This document shows, in pieces, positions 1-10,614 of a stretch of 64,000 nucleotides of DNA. Within the stretch, counting starts at the first letter, position 1. The number at the start of each line of letters is the position of its first letter. The notes under the pieces were generated by a model, which did no database searches, was not told the origin of the DNA, and worked only from the letters and a program-made list of their open reading frames with translations. The position numbers were made by a program, and so were the translations under genes. The stretch covers positions 1,007 through 65,006 of the forward strand of contig NW_021834470.1 in assembly GCF_006345805.1 (NCBI RefSeq), read 5' to 3'. Source of the DNA: Octopus sinensis (Eukaryota).

Positions 1-202
1 ACAAAAAGGAGTTGTCAATAATAAATTAATAAAAGATGCATAAGGTATGGCAATCTTAATTAGTAATTAATTCGTTTAAAAATATGTTTCCATGTGTTTT
101 TTTATTAGTCTATCTCATTTGTTTACAAAAGAATATGACAGATATAAACAATGTAACAAAAAAATTGACAGAATTATCAAATTACATAATAAGAGTATTT
201 AT

Positions 203-1606
203 TCCTTCTATCGAATATTGAATATTCCTTATTCTTCCGATTTTTTTGCCGAAACTCTGGACGCCCTGGAACCTATTCTAAAAGGCCCGCGGGTATCAGA
301 AACAAGGACCTTGTAATCCTTGGTTCGCCAATTGGTCACGAGGCCCTCTCACAAACGCTCATCGCCAAGGCAAGCAATCTGTCAAACATGATCGAACGGC
401 TTTCCCTCATTGATGCCCACGTCGGGTTCTTTTTTCTGCGTACTATTTCTCAACTCCGAGGCTTTTGTACACCCTAAGGAGTTCTCCTTGTTTTCGCATG
501 CCTAATCTGTTATCCGATATCGATTCTATCTTGAAGTCTGGAGCCGAGTATTGTGTAACATCCATTCGACGCTCTGTGGTGGCTTCAATCTTCCCTGCCT
601 GTAATCTTGGGGGGATTGGCCTTCGTTCGCCCGTTTATCTGGCTCTTCCTGCCTTCCTCTCGTCCCTGGCATCATCCCGTGCCCTCACTGACATCGTTCT
701 CAGAAACCTTCCCGAACGAAAAGTGTCAGTTGATCACGTGGCCGCCTCTGGACCTTTGGGATTCTGCGTATACAAAAGACCTGCCGACCCATCCGTCCAG
801 GGTCAGTGGGACTCGATCACTTGTGACACTCTCTCCTCTGTCCTGCTTCAGAGTTTCGACCAGCACAGGCTGGCCTGTCTTCGTGCGGGCTGCAGTCCGG
901 GCAGTGGGGCTGGCTTGACGACCCTTCCCCTACCGAACATCGGGACACTACTAGACGGCGACTGTCTCAGAGTCGCTATTTCTCTGCGTCTCGGTTTGAA
1001 GATCTGTGAAATTCACAAGTGCCGCTGTGGGGCCATGATCGACCTAGCACGGACTACACCCTCTTCCTGCAGACGCAGTGCTGGGCGGGCACCACGCCAC
1101 ACAGCCTTAAATGACGTCGTTTTGAGGGGTCTCAACGCTGCCGGAATTCCATCAATCCTAGAACCGGCCGGGCTTGCTAGGGGAGACGGAAAAAGACCTG
1201 ACGGTCTATCCACCTTCCCCTTTGAGTTCGGCAAGTTGCTGATTTGGGACGCGACATGTTCAGATACTTTCTCTGAACCTAATCTTCCCTTGTCAGCCGT
1301 CGCAGCCGGTTCGGTGTCCCTTAGAACAGAAAAGCTTAAGATTGCGAAATATAGAGAACTCTCGGAGCGATATCTTCGCCCCTGTTGCTGTCGAGACTTC
1401 AGGGGTCATTGGGGAAAGTCTTTGACTTTCCTCTATAAGCTCGGACGTCTGATCTCTCTGAAGAGAAATGACACACGCGAGACTGGCTGGCTCCTTCAGA
1501 GGATTTCCCTTGCCATCGTACGAGGTAACTGTTTCTCCATCTACGAAGCGGGGAAGTCCTCTAACTAACTTTATCACATTTGATAAGAAATAGCTCTGTT
1601 AAAAAA
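203..1606 (+). mobile_element. CRE-clade-like RLE non-LTR retrotransposon, 5'-truncated (RT C-terminus, zinc knuckle, RLE)
   Basis: ORF 465-1568 contains GGIGLRS, C-x-C-G...C-RRSAGR-x-PRH-x-ALND, GKRPDG, LIWDATC and LQRISLAIVRGN. There is an A-tail at ~1600 and a 12-bp target-site duplication aagagtatttat at 191-202 and 1607-1618. Confidence 0.85.
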
Positions 1607-1895
1607 AAGAGTATTTATAGTTGTCAGATAATGTTAGTCAGATAATCGCAAACAGTATTTAAGGACGGTTTTGCGGTAATTAACGGAGAGATTGAAAGTG
1701 GGAAAAATTATTGATTCACAACTTTTATGTAGATAAAAAGATTTAAAAGAAAAATTAAAGTTTAAAAAAAGCTTAAAGATTTAAAAGAAAAATAATTCAA
1801 TCTCTTCGTCATAAATAAAATTCTGTTATAAAGAATAAAAATTTAATTAAAATAGGATGAAATTCAATTTTCAAAATTTCAAAATAAGTAGATAT

Positions 1896-2509
1896 TTCGG
1901 GTCCACGATCTCTCCGAACGGTTTGCACGCCCTCTCGTGCAAGAAGAGTGCTGGCAGAATTCCTCGCCACACTCACCTCAATGACGTCGTGAAAAGGGCT
2001 CTAGAGTCGGCAGGTTTCCCCTCCACTCTAGAGCCAGTCGGTCTCTGCCGGAGTGATGGAAATCGACCTGACGGGATGACTACCTTCCCTTTCAGGGAAG
2101 GCAAGTCCCTGATTTGGGACGCAACTTGTGTTGACTCGTTCTCCGCGTCGGTGTTACTCAAGTCCATCACTAACCCGGGTTCCGCCAGTGCTCAGGCTGA
2201 GGAGGCTAAGAGGTCGAAGTATGGAAATATTTGGACTCTTACGAGTTTGTCCCCCTCGCCTTCGAAACATCTGGAATTGTCGGCAGGTCTGCGACTCGCC
2301 TTCTTGCCGACATTGCCAGGAGAATCGCCAAGAAGACAACGACCGGAGGGAGACGAGCTGGCTCTTCCAGCGAATCTCGGTCGCAGCTCCGCGGAAACTG
2401 CCACTCGATACGCAGTGCGGCGACTTTGAGCTGACCTCCAGGCTCTTTATTAATTCGTGTATAACTTATTCCCCATTTTAATTAAATATTTGTTACTTCA
2501 AAAAAAAAA
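1896..2509 (+). mobile_element. CRE-like RLE retrotransposon 3' fragment (second subfamily)
   Basis: Motifs GLHALSCKKSAGRIPRH, GNRPDG, LIWDATC and FVPLAFETSG, with poly(A) at 2499-2510. Near-TSD aagtagatat (1886-1895) versus aagtagaatat (2510-2520). Confidence 0.85.
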
Positions 2510-2999
2510 AAGTAGAATATACAGATTGAAGGAATAAACTTACAATATTACAAAATGATGAAATTTCAGTTAATTTAATCATTAAAAGAAACTACATCGC
2601 AAATATCCCTTCTGAATCCAATTAAATAAAAAATAAAGATCGACCAAATAATGTAACAAAACAACAAGGTATGTCAACCACGTTTTACACAGGCATAATT
2701 TATTAGTTTTCTATTAATAATTGGATAACAAAAAATTAAGATAATTTATTAATGCAAACAAACATTATTTTAATTAAAACACAATTCTACCTAGTAGCTT
2801 ATAAACAGTGTAAATATTAGAGCGCATATTTCTGCGATGGTTCAGATAGCTGAAATAAGGATACAAAGAACTGCGATCAAGATTGTTGAGGTGTCAAAAG
2901 TCGTGTTTAGTTATCTACACATTGTCATAACCAACTGTACTCTCAAAAATGACATTGAATGCATTCAGAAGTAAAAATCGATTTTTAAAGTATTTTATT

Positions 3000-3990
3000 A
3001 AACGGAAACAGCAGTGTTGTCAAAATCCTTGCAAACATGGTTGATCTACGGCGAAGACGAAAACTCCAATACGCTCCTTGACTTGCCTGCCTTAAACGGA
3101 CACAAGGAAGTAGTAAAATTTCTCATTGAGAATAACGCAGTCATCGAAGCCAGGTTGCTTATTTGCATGAACACAGAAACTAATTTTTTTAGTAATTGGG
3201 CTAAAATGCGAACAAAAAATAAAAAGTTGTTTTCAGCTGTAGGACGAAGTAGGCTTTAATTATGTTACAATAAAAGCGGTTTGCAGTGCACTTTAAGTCT
3301 ATTGGGGTTTCATTTTAACAAGTTTATATCATATGCACAACGTCACTAAGGTCAAACAATAAATGGAGAAATCAAGGCAATTGCCACCTGAAAGTTACAT
3401 AAAGTGGGCTGATTTGATAGCTTGGAATCAACTAACCACATATTAATAGACTTACGTAACTCCAGAGCTTTTGGGCCGATTATCCAACTCGTCTCGAAAG
3501 CCAGGGGTCGAAAAGGCAGGTGTTCTCCAATGAGCCGATGATCTTATTAGTAAGAATCCAATTAAAAATCACTTTTAAGACGCCTAAACGCAGAAAAAAG
3601 AAAATCATTTTTAGCAAATGTTTGGGTATGTCGAATGAGGAATTCAACACAATAATTTTTTGCGATGAGTGCAAATTTAACTTATATCAGAGTGACGACA
3701 TTGATATAGAGAACGTTATAATTCAAATAACATTCTCCCTACTGTGAAACTCGGTGGTGGGTCATAATGTTGTGAGGCTGTATTTCGTCCAAAGGCGTCG
3801 GTAGAATCGTTTCTATCGGTGAGAAAATAAATGCCCTTTAACTTTGCTGCCTTAAACGGACACAAGGAAGTAGTAAAATTTCTCATTGAGAATAACGCAG
3901 TCATCGAAGCCAGGTTGCTTATTTGCATAAACACAGAAACTAATTTTTATGGACACCTCTTGACTGTGCGGCAACAAATGGGAATATATG
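3000..3990 (+). pseudogene. Ankyrin-repeat gene fragment resembling invertebrate TRPA1 ankyrin repeats; partly duplicated and split by a Tc1 remnant
   Basis: Copy 1 reads GEDENSNTLLDLPALNGHKEVVKFLIENNAVIEAR. After removing a 23-nt GT-AG intron (3914-3936), copy 2 reads AALNGHKEVVKFLIENNAVIEARN*FLWTPLDCAATNG. A ~102-bp direct repeat lies at 3087-3188 and 3847-3948. The ankyrin call is secure; the TRPA1 resemblance is from memory of the family motif. Confidence 0.65.
3560..3835 (+). mobile_element. Tc1-like transposase remnant
   Basis: KTPKRRKK...EEFNTIIFCDECKFNLYQSD, followed by TVKLGGGS*MLxGCISSKGVGRIVSIGEKINA, which are degraded Tc1 catalytic-domain motifs. Confidence 0.7.
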
Positions 3991-4119
3991 TCGAATATTG
4001 GTTAAAGTTTTTGTTAAGTTTGAGTTTTTGGCATCGGTTATCTTGTCCATCCCAATGTGACTGATTTTCGCATAGTGATTCATGATAGTGTTTGCCTGTT
4101 CTCTGAACGATTTTATTTG

Positions 4120-4890
4120 TCTTTTATTGTTTAGACCAGAGGCGTGTGATCTGTATCGACTGATTGTAATGTATGGATTCCTTTAAGAACTCTCCAGAAA
4201 TGCGAGAGCTTGGTTCTGTGATCGAGAGACGAGATGAATTCGGACCATTTATTTTTCTTATGCTTTGAGATCATCTGGTTGATTTTCTCGTTGAAGACTG
4301 ACAATTCATGCACGTTTGTGTGGTTGGTCCTTTTCAATAAGCGTCTTTTTTGAATGAGTTTTATTATTTCTCGGTTAAATAATGGTTTTGCATGTTTGTG
4401 GAATCCTTCAGGCACGTGTCTCTTGTCAGCCGCCAATAGTTTCGATGTGAAGAATTGGATAGCGGAGTCCAGTGAGCTATGGGCTGCTGTTGAGAACCCT
4501 TTGAAGGCAGCTTCGGTATCTTGACGATAGGCGGTATCTTGACGATCCAGTTTGCTCGGTTGTAGTTGATGATAGTTTTTCTGAAAATGTCACGAGGTGA
4601 TAGAAGGTCAATTGAAATGAGAATTGGGTTGTGGTCTGACGGGAGATCATAAATCACTGACCAATGTATGCGGGAGGAGATTGATGGGGACAGAGGGAGA
4701 GATCTGGAGATGTATTAGTGTCGTTTGCTCTCAGAGCACACCTTGTATGTGTATGAGGGTCGTTCAGTATGACTAGATCTTCCAGTTGCGACATTAGGTG
4801 AAGACCTCGCTGGTCAAGGCATTGATTAGACAGCCAGACTGGATTTTTAGCATTTAGATCTCCGCAGAGAATCAGTCTAGTGAAGTTTCA
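4120..4890 (-). mobile_element. APE-type LINE fragment (endonuclease C-half and linker, Jockey/I-like)
   Basis: Minus-strand frames give CGDLNAKNPVW, ILNDPHTHTR...SPDLSL, DLPSDHNPILI and KKNKWSEFISSLD...FWRVLK. Confidence 0.8.
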
Positions 4891-5282
4891 ATGGTTTACC
4901 TATTCCTCTCGCTGACCGTTTGGTCGTAGATTAAATACATTTAGACTAAAAACATTTGTAAACATTTTTAAATAAATCATTATTCATATCTTTAAGTCGC
5001 ATGTATTTTTATCAACTTTGGATATTTGTTATTTTGTTGAATCTATTTGATCATAGATATGGATATTTTCGATTATTACGATTTTCATAAATATCGTGTC
5101 TCAGTAGGACATTGTCTCCTGCAACTAAATCTTCATATACACTTTGTGATTTAAACAATCGTCGTCGTTTTCAAAATAATCTGATCCAGTTATTTCTGAT
5201 TGACTTAATTCCTCCGTTTCTTTTTACAAATTTGAAGTTAAATCAAAGACAGTTAGAAAAGGAGAAAGTTTGTTTAAGTTGT

Positions 5283-5362
5283 TTAGAGCGCTCTTCCAGC
5301 CTCACGGATTGCGGAACAGTTGCCGCGGATTACGGTAATGGAGAGGCGTTGAAGAAGCCCAC
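5283..5362 (-). mobile_element. Extreme 3' tip of a CRE-like element
   Basis: Minus strand reads LQRLSITVIRGNCSAIREAGRAL*, matching the C-termini of the other CRE copies (for example LERLSIAVIRGNGFAIREAGR). Confidence 0.75.
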
Positions 5363-5499
5363 TTTAAAAGATTCCAGGATGTTTATTTAATTGAATTTAT
5401 TCTACTAAACTTTTAATAATGTTAGGTTTTAATTAGGAAAGGCCATTTAGAGGTCAATGAAAATTCAAGAAAAAGCACTGTTGAACAACTTTTGGTACT

Positions 5500-7620
5500 T
5501 TAGAGTTAAGATATTCCGACCAATTGGAATCAACCATAATGTTTATATTTAGAGAAATTAAGCAAAATCAATTTGCACTAAAAATGCAATGTGGTGGGGG
5601 CTAAATTTTTGATGAAGTTTTCATTTGATCGATTTCACATTGATGTGATGTTTTAGACTCGGACGCTTAAAGTTCAAGAGCTATAAAAGTACACTCAAAG
5701 GACAACACTTCTGAAGTAGCAATAAAACACTCAAAAGGGATGGCTGAAAGAATTCAATGTCAATCTACGGATGCATATGTAAAATGTATTTTTAAAGTCG
5801 ATAATATTGTTAAATTTTGGCACTTGTGCCTGTATGAGTGTGAAATCAACGGCTTTCAGTGCGTTTTACAAAAACAGCTTGGGATTTTATGTTATGCACT
5901 GGCCTGCCAGAATTTCGAATGCTGGAATTTACTACAAATGCACAAGTAGGCCTCTAAGCCTGGATATCACTAACGCCAAATGAAAACTGGATGGCCATAC
6001 ACCCCTCGACATTAAAATTCGAACACTTAATTTTAAGCAAATTTTTAATCATTTTCAATAAAATAATTTATCTGAGCTTCTTTATTTGTATTATTCAAAC
6101 TATTTTAATATTTAAATATATATTGAAACATATAATTTTAAAAAATAAAGCAAAAAACGAGAATTTCATGACAAAAAAAACCGAACAAAATATAATTAGT
6201 AGCTTGAATGCCTTCCTTTTCTGTTGTAAACTTCCAAACTACGATTTTTCATTGAGCTAACAAGTTTTCTGATGAATTCCATTGGGATATTTTCCCAAAT
6301 TTCCGATATTTTTTTGCTTAGATCAATTTTTGTACTTGTTCTGCTTTCTGACGTATCACTTGAAAGAACGTTTTTAATGTGAGCCCAAATGTGTTCGATT
6401 GGGTTCATGTCAGGTGACTGAGGGGCCAGTCGAGCAAATTAATATTTTGAGACGACATACATTCTTTAGTTGCCTTAGATGTGTGGCAAGGCGCATTATC
6501 TTGTAGGACTATAGTCGCTCAATCCCTCAATATTTTATTCGCTGAATCTTCAAGATTATTTGCCAGAATATTAATATATTCCCCAGAGTTCATTTTTCCA
6601 TCAATAAAAACTAATTTCCCCATTCCGAAATACGAAAAACAGCCCCAAACAAGAACTTTCCTCCCTCCACCAAACTTAAAACTAGGTATTATCTTCGCAT
6701 ATCTCAACTTATTTCCTTTTTTTCTGTATTGATACATTCGTCTTGAATGGGAAAAAAGTTCAAAACTACATTTGTCGGAGAAAATAACTTTCCTCCATCC
6801 GCTGTCGGAAATTGCAAGAAATTTTTTAGATATTCCATATCTGAGAGCAATATTTTTGAACTTAGAAATGGTCGTTTCTTTACAACTCGTCCATACAAAC
6901 CTTTTGAGTTTAGAATTCTTGTTATTGTGCGTGCTGAGACTTTTTTTGTGTAATTTTTTTCCATTTCTGAAGACAAGGTAACTGCGGTTCGAAAATTATC
7001 AGTTGATAATGATAAAAGAATCCTAATTTCATTTTGACTGAACTTGGGTGGCCTTCCAGATCCAGCCTTTCTGCACGTAATTCCGGTTTTTAGATATTTT
7101 TTAACAAAGTCCCAAACAGTTGTCTTCGGTATATTTACGATATCCGAAATCATTTTATAGGAGAAATTTTGATTATATAAAGATATAATTTGTCCTTTTT
7201 TTGAAATTATTCATTTCTGTCTAATAAAAATTGTATTCTGCGAGTTGAACAAAATACCGTTCGGAATTCTTTGTCACTAGAAAACACGTTTCTGCTTTAA
7301 TTTTGAAAATTATATGTTCGAATATATATTTAATATATAAATAGTTAAAATAATACAAATAAAGAAGCTCAATAAATTATTTTATTAAAAATTTGCTAAA
7401 AATTAAGTGTTCGAATTTTAATGTCGAGGGGTGTATTTTGCGTGTAAATTTCGTTGCCCCAGCTAATCTGGCAATGAAGGATTGTTTCATGTTTGAGAGG
7501 GAATGCTTTCGTGGTCGACCAAGGATGACGCTACCAGTTGTATTACACGATGACTTTCAAAAAATGAAGAAGTGTCAAAGTCAAGTGAAAATCACATTTA
7601 TTTTTCAACCTGTTCATGCA
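5500..7620 (+). mobile_element. Decayed RTE-like LINE 3' region split by the Tc1 at 6000-7433
   Basis: Removing the Tc1 and one TA joins HWPARISNAGIYYKCTSRPLSLDITNAK*KLDGH to ILRVNFVAPANLAMKDCFMFERECFRGRPRMTLP. This parallels RWRLFGHILxMDVASPANIAME...FRGRPR in the RTE at 20960-22370. Confidence 0.7.
6000..7433 (-). mobile_element. Full-length Tc1-like DNA transposon (DD34E), 1434 bp
   Basis: TA|cacccctcgacattaaaattcgaacacttaa ... ttaagtgttcgaattttaatgtcgaggggtg|TA, with ~190-bp imperfect TIRs. Transposase pieces span 7153 to 6196 and include KFGGGRKVLVWGCFS and QDNAPCHT...SPDMNPIEHIW (34 residues D to E). Frameshifted. Confidence 0.95.
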
Positions 7621-7740
7621 GAATAACTCTTTTATTGTTATCATAATTAATTAAAGTTTAAATTAATTATATTTTCGACATTTGAATAATTTCTCATTTG
7701 TAGTTCTATTGGACAAGACAATCTCTCGATGAAGAAACGA

Positions 7741-7765
7741 GTATCAAATATTTTAATATCACTAG
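7741..7765 (+). other. 25-nt GT-AG spliceosomal intron in RPS3
   Basis: gtatcaaatattttaatatcactag; removal joins KKR to FVSEG in frame. Confidence 0.85.
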
Positions 7766-7989
7766 TTTGTGTCCGAAGGTCTACTAAGAACTGAACTAAA
7801 GTCAACAATGATGAGAATATTTTGTGAAGAGGGATTATCGGATGTCTCCATTCGTCATCATCCAAAGAAGATTGAAATTGTTCTGATGGCGACTCGCCGC
7901 ACCAAATCGCTGCTGATCGGGGATTGAAGATTAGAGAAATGAAAGGACTGATATCTTCTCGCTTTGGATTCCCCACAGATCAAATCGAA

Positions 7990-8014
7990 GTATCCCATTT
8001 GTTAGTTAGTCAAG
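7990..8014 (+). other. 25-nt GT-AG spliceosomal intron in RPS3
   Basis: gtatcccatttgttagttagtcaag; removal joins DQIE to ISVERLQDKGL in frame. Confidence 0.85.
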
Positions 8015-8399
8015 ATATCTGTCGAACGTCTACAAGATAAAGGGCTTAGTGCAGTGGCACAGGTGGAGTCTATTCGTTACAAGCTGATAAGTGGGTTGGC
8101 GGTGAGGAGGGCAGCCCATTCGACTATCAAGTTGTGCATGGGGGCGGGTGCAAACGGAGTTGAGGTCAAAGTGTCCGGAAAACTTCGCGGTCAGAGGGCC
8201 AAGTGTTCTAAATTTGTGGACGGTTATTTGATTCACTCCGGGGATGCTCCCAACTACTATTTGGACAGGGTTGTGACAGGGATTCAGATGAAATCAGCTA
8301 ATGACTATTCATATTTGTAGGTGTCATCGGTATACAAGTCAAATTCTTTACTGAATTCAAATATCATTTTATTTTTTTTTTTGCTACATGCATGTTGGT

Positions 8400-8610
8400 T
8401 TTTGACGCTATGAACAGAAACTTTTCTACCAACCAATCTACAGAGATTCATAACAGTTCCGTGTTGTTTTCATCAAGTAATAATATACCAAGCAGTAATT
8501 CCTGGTAATGTTAACAGTTAAAAATCTCTTCATATTTTTACCTTTTTGGTAGGCTGTTACAACTCTTTGTTTTAGGTCCAAAGAATGCTCTTTCCTTGTC
8601 GACATGATAT
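8400..8610 (-). mobile_element. Tc1 transposase N-terminal (HTH) remnant
   Basis: MSTRKEHSLDLKQRVVTAYQKGK(K)YEEIFKLLTLPGITAWYII...HGTVMNL...GRKVS. Confidence 0.7.
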
Positions 8611-9829
8611 TTTTAATAAGAAGCACAAAATGAAAATGTATTTACATTAATCAGAATCCATTAATCATTTTCATTGAAATTACAGCTAATCAATCATTTT
8701 CAGGTAAAAAGAAGCTACCAACAAAAAGAAGTAAAGAAGGATAATCATTCATATCTTATTGTAGAAAAATCCATATTTCCTTAATAGTCTCATCACTTTT
8801 TTCTAGATAAAATTTGAAATTTTTTATCTAAAGTGTAGTTTCTCTCCCATTAATCTGTTATTAGACATTATATTTTTTTTATTTTTCCCTTTTCTTCATA
8901 TGGGAAGTCAAATCTGTGTAGTTTCTATGACAGATTCGTCCCCACAATCTTTTAAAATTCTAACCTAAACTGTTTTTATTCAATTATATCTTATTTCTTA
9001 ATTCAAAATCATATTTTGACTTGTGTACTCCCTTTTTTATTCGTTCTTTTAAAATAAATGAATTCATTTCTGGAGGAGTAAAATCAAAAATTTTATCATT
9101 CGTTTCTAAAAAATACATCGTATATTTTCCATCAAGTTTATCTACTACAAACGAGACCTTATTATTTTCCTCCCAATCTGACTTTACAAATGAAGCGATA
9201 GAAGATTTAAAAAAGCAGGGTATTTCCACTAAACAATATTGATATTAAGAAAGTAAACATTAAAAAAATGCGCTGCTCTTTATGATTTAAAAAAATAAAG
9301 GATTTTTGGGTCAACGCTTAAATACACAGACAAAACTATTTTCAGAGAAGTCATGGCAGAGCTTGGGTTAAGCATGTTTTATCTTAATGCGGAAGGATGG
9401 GACTATACCGCTCCTAAAATCTAAAAATGACCAAACAAAAGGAACTCTAACCCAACGCACAAACTCAGCTGTTTTCGAGTTAGTCAGTCTTTCTGAAGCA
9501 GTGGACTTTAACATGATGGAAAAAGCTCTCCCTTCAGCAGGCACAACCGATGCGGATGGCTCTACTATCAAACATAGACATCTTAGACGAGGAATGTCAA
9601 ACATGCAGGTTGCAAACTTCATGTGCCACACTAATAAAACAGTACCCTGCAGTCCGATTTTATGTCTAACAGTGATTCTCAACATTTTAGCTCAAGTGCC
9701 AGATCAATAATTAAGAGGATGAGTTCTCAATCTTTTTAGCTTAAGGAGTAAATCGATAATTATGAGTATCATTCTGGGCCGCACAAAAAAATATTTTATT
9801 TGATCAAAAAAGGCTTTATTAGTTAATAA

Positions 9830-10020
9830 GAGAATCAATGTTTTGCTGGCGTCTATTATTTTATTGAAAAGGGGGTAAAGTTCAAGACAAAGTTCGTAAA
9901 GTTGAATTAGGTGTTCACTAGTTATTCGATTTCGATACTTACTTTTTATTCTCATAAGTTTACTGAAAAGATCTACACATCATACGTTTTTCCAAAGACT
10001 GATGCATTTTTTAGCATTAT
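9830..10020 (-). mobile_element. hAT transposase C-terminal (dimerisation domain) remnant
   Basis: SVFGKTY..C..FS..MRIKSKYRNRITSEHL resembles the hAT motif FxxTYxCExxFSxMxxxKSKYRxRL. Confidence 0.65.
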
Positions 10021-10109
10021 CGACCAAGTTCGGATATTTTCATTATTTTAAAATTTAAAATAGATGTACATTTTCTGCATAAAACGCGCGAGACCTTTAC
10101 TAATTCTCT

Positions 10110-10450
10110 AATAATTATTATAACACACATTCCGTAGGAACATAAACAAAGTTATAATTCCAACGTGTCACAAAACGACAAATCTTCTGGACCATCCTTG
10201 TCCATGCCCTTCTGTTGCGGGCGAGATCCCGCAAAGATTCTAGGTCGTCCCAATTTTGAAACTTTTGCCATGAAGTTGAAATCCTTTTCAAGAACTGCCG
10301 AAAGAGTGGATCTAGGTCTTCCACGATATTTGTCTTCATGTTCGGAGAAATAATCGTCCATTGCCCGATTGGCCGGAGCTCTGGGGTCCATTCGCAAAAT
10401 GTGGCCAAATAATTTCCACCGGCCAAATAATTCTCTAAATAAACATAATT
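10110..10450 (-). mobile_element. RTE-like LINE 3' end with (TAA)n-like tail
   Basis: RWKLFGHILRMDPRAPANRAMDDYF...RGRPRSTLSAVLEKDF...DLESLRDLARNRRAW; the tail is ataataataat in the mirror copy near 53648-53660. Confidence 0.8.
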
Positions 10451-10614
10451 ATAAACCGATGCAAAAAAGTAAACTATTAGAAAAAAATAAATTTTTCAAA
10501 CGATATAACTCTAATTTACGGAATAAATATACTTTTTGTTATTTCAACAAGATTTTTTACCAATTAAAAAAGCAATCGTAGTATTTCACCGTCGTTTGTT
10601 AGCTAGTTAGGGGA

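Larger units (their letters stand above)
7706..8350 (+). pseudogene. RPS3: 40S ribosomal protein S3 (uS3) copy with tiny introns; frameshifted and 3'-truncated as assembled
   Basis: The spliced product reads MKKR|FVSEGLLRTELK...IEIVLMATR(fs)HQIAADRGLKIREMKGLISSRFGFPTDQIE|ISVERLQDKGLSAVAQVESIRYKLISGLAVRRA...VSGKLRGQRAKCSKFVDGYLIHSGD...MKSG|VIGIQVKF. Introns are at 7741-7765, 7990-8014 and ~8298-8320. Confidence 0.9.

Noticed and set aside
6000-7433. Bacterial IS630-family element or prokaryotic origin of the window
   Set aside because: DD34E Tc1 motifs, non-LTR retrotransposons and spliceosomal introns in neighbouring genes indicate a eukaryotic nuclear genome.
7706-8350. RPS3 as a processed retrogene made by the local LINEs
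   Set aside because: Three introns are retained, so it is a DNA-level copy or a native locus.
8984-9242. Opposite-strand 81-aa and 73-aa ORFs as a host gene
   Set aside because: No motif recognised on either strand; the coding strand cannot be chosen from sequence alone.
9368-9710. Overlapping 105-aa and 107-aa ORFs on opposite strands
   Set aside because: No recognisable domain. The faint hAT-like PSASVVPAE-RAFS is too weak to call, and there is no splice or expression evidence.
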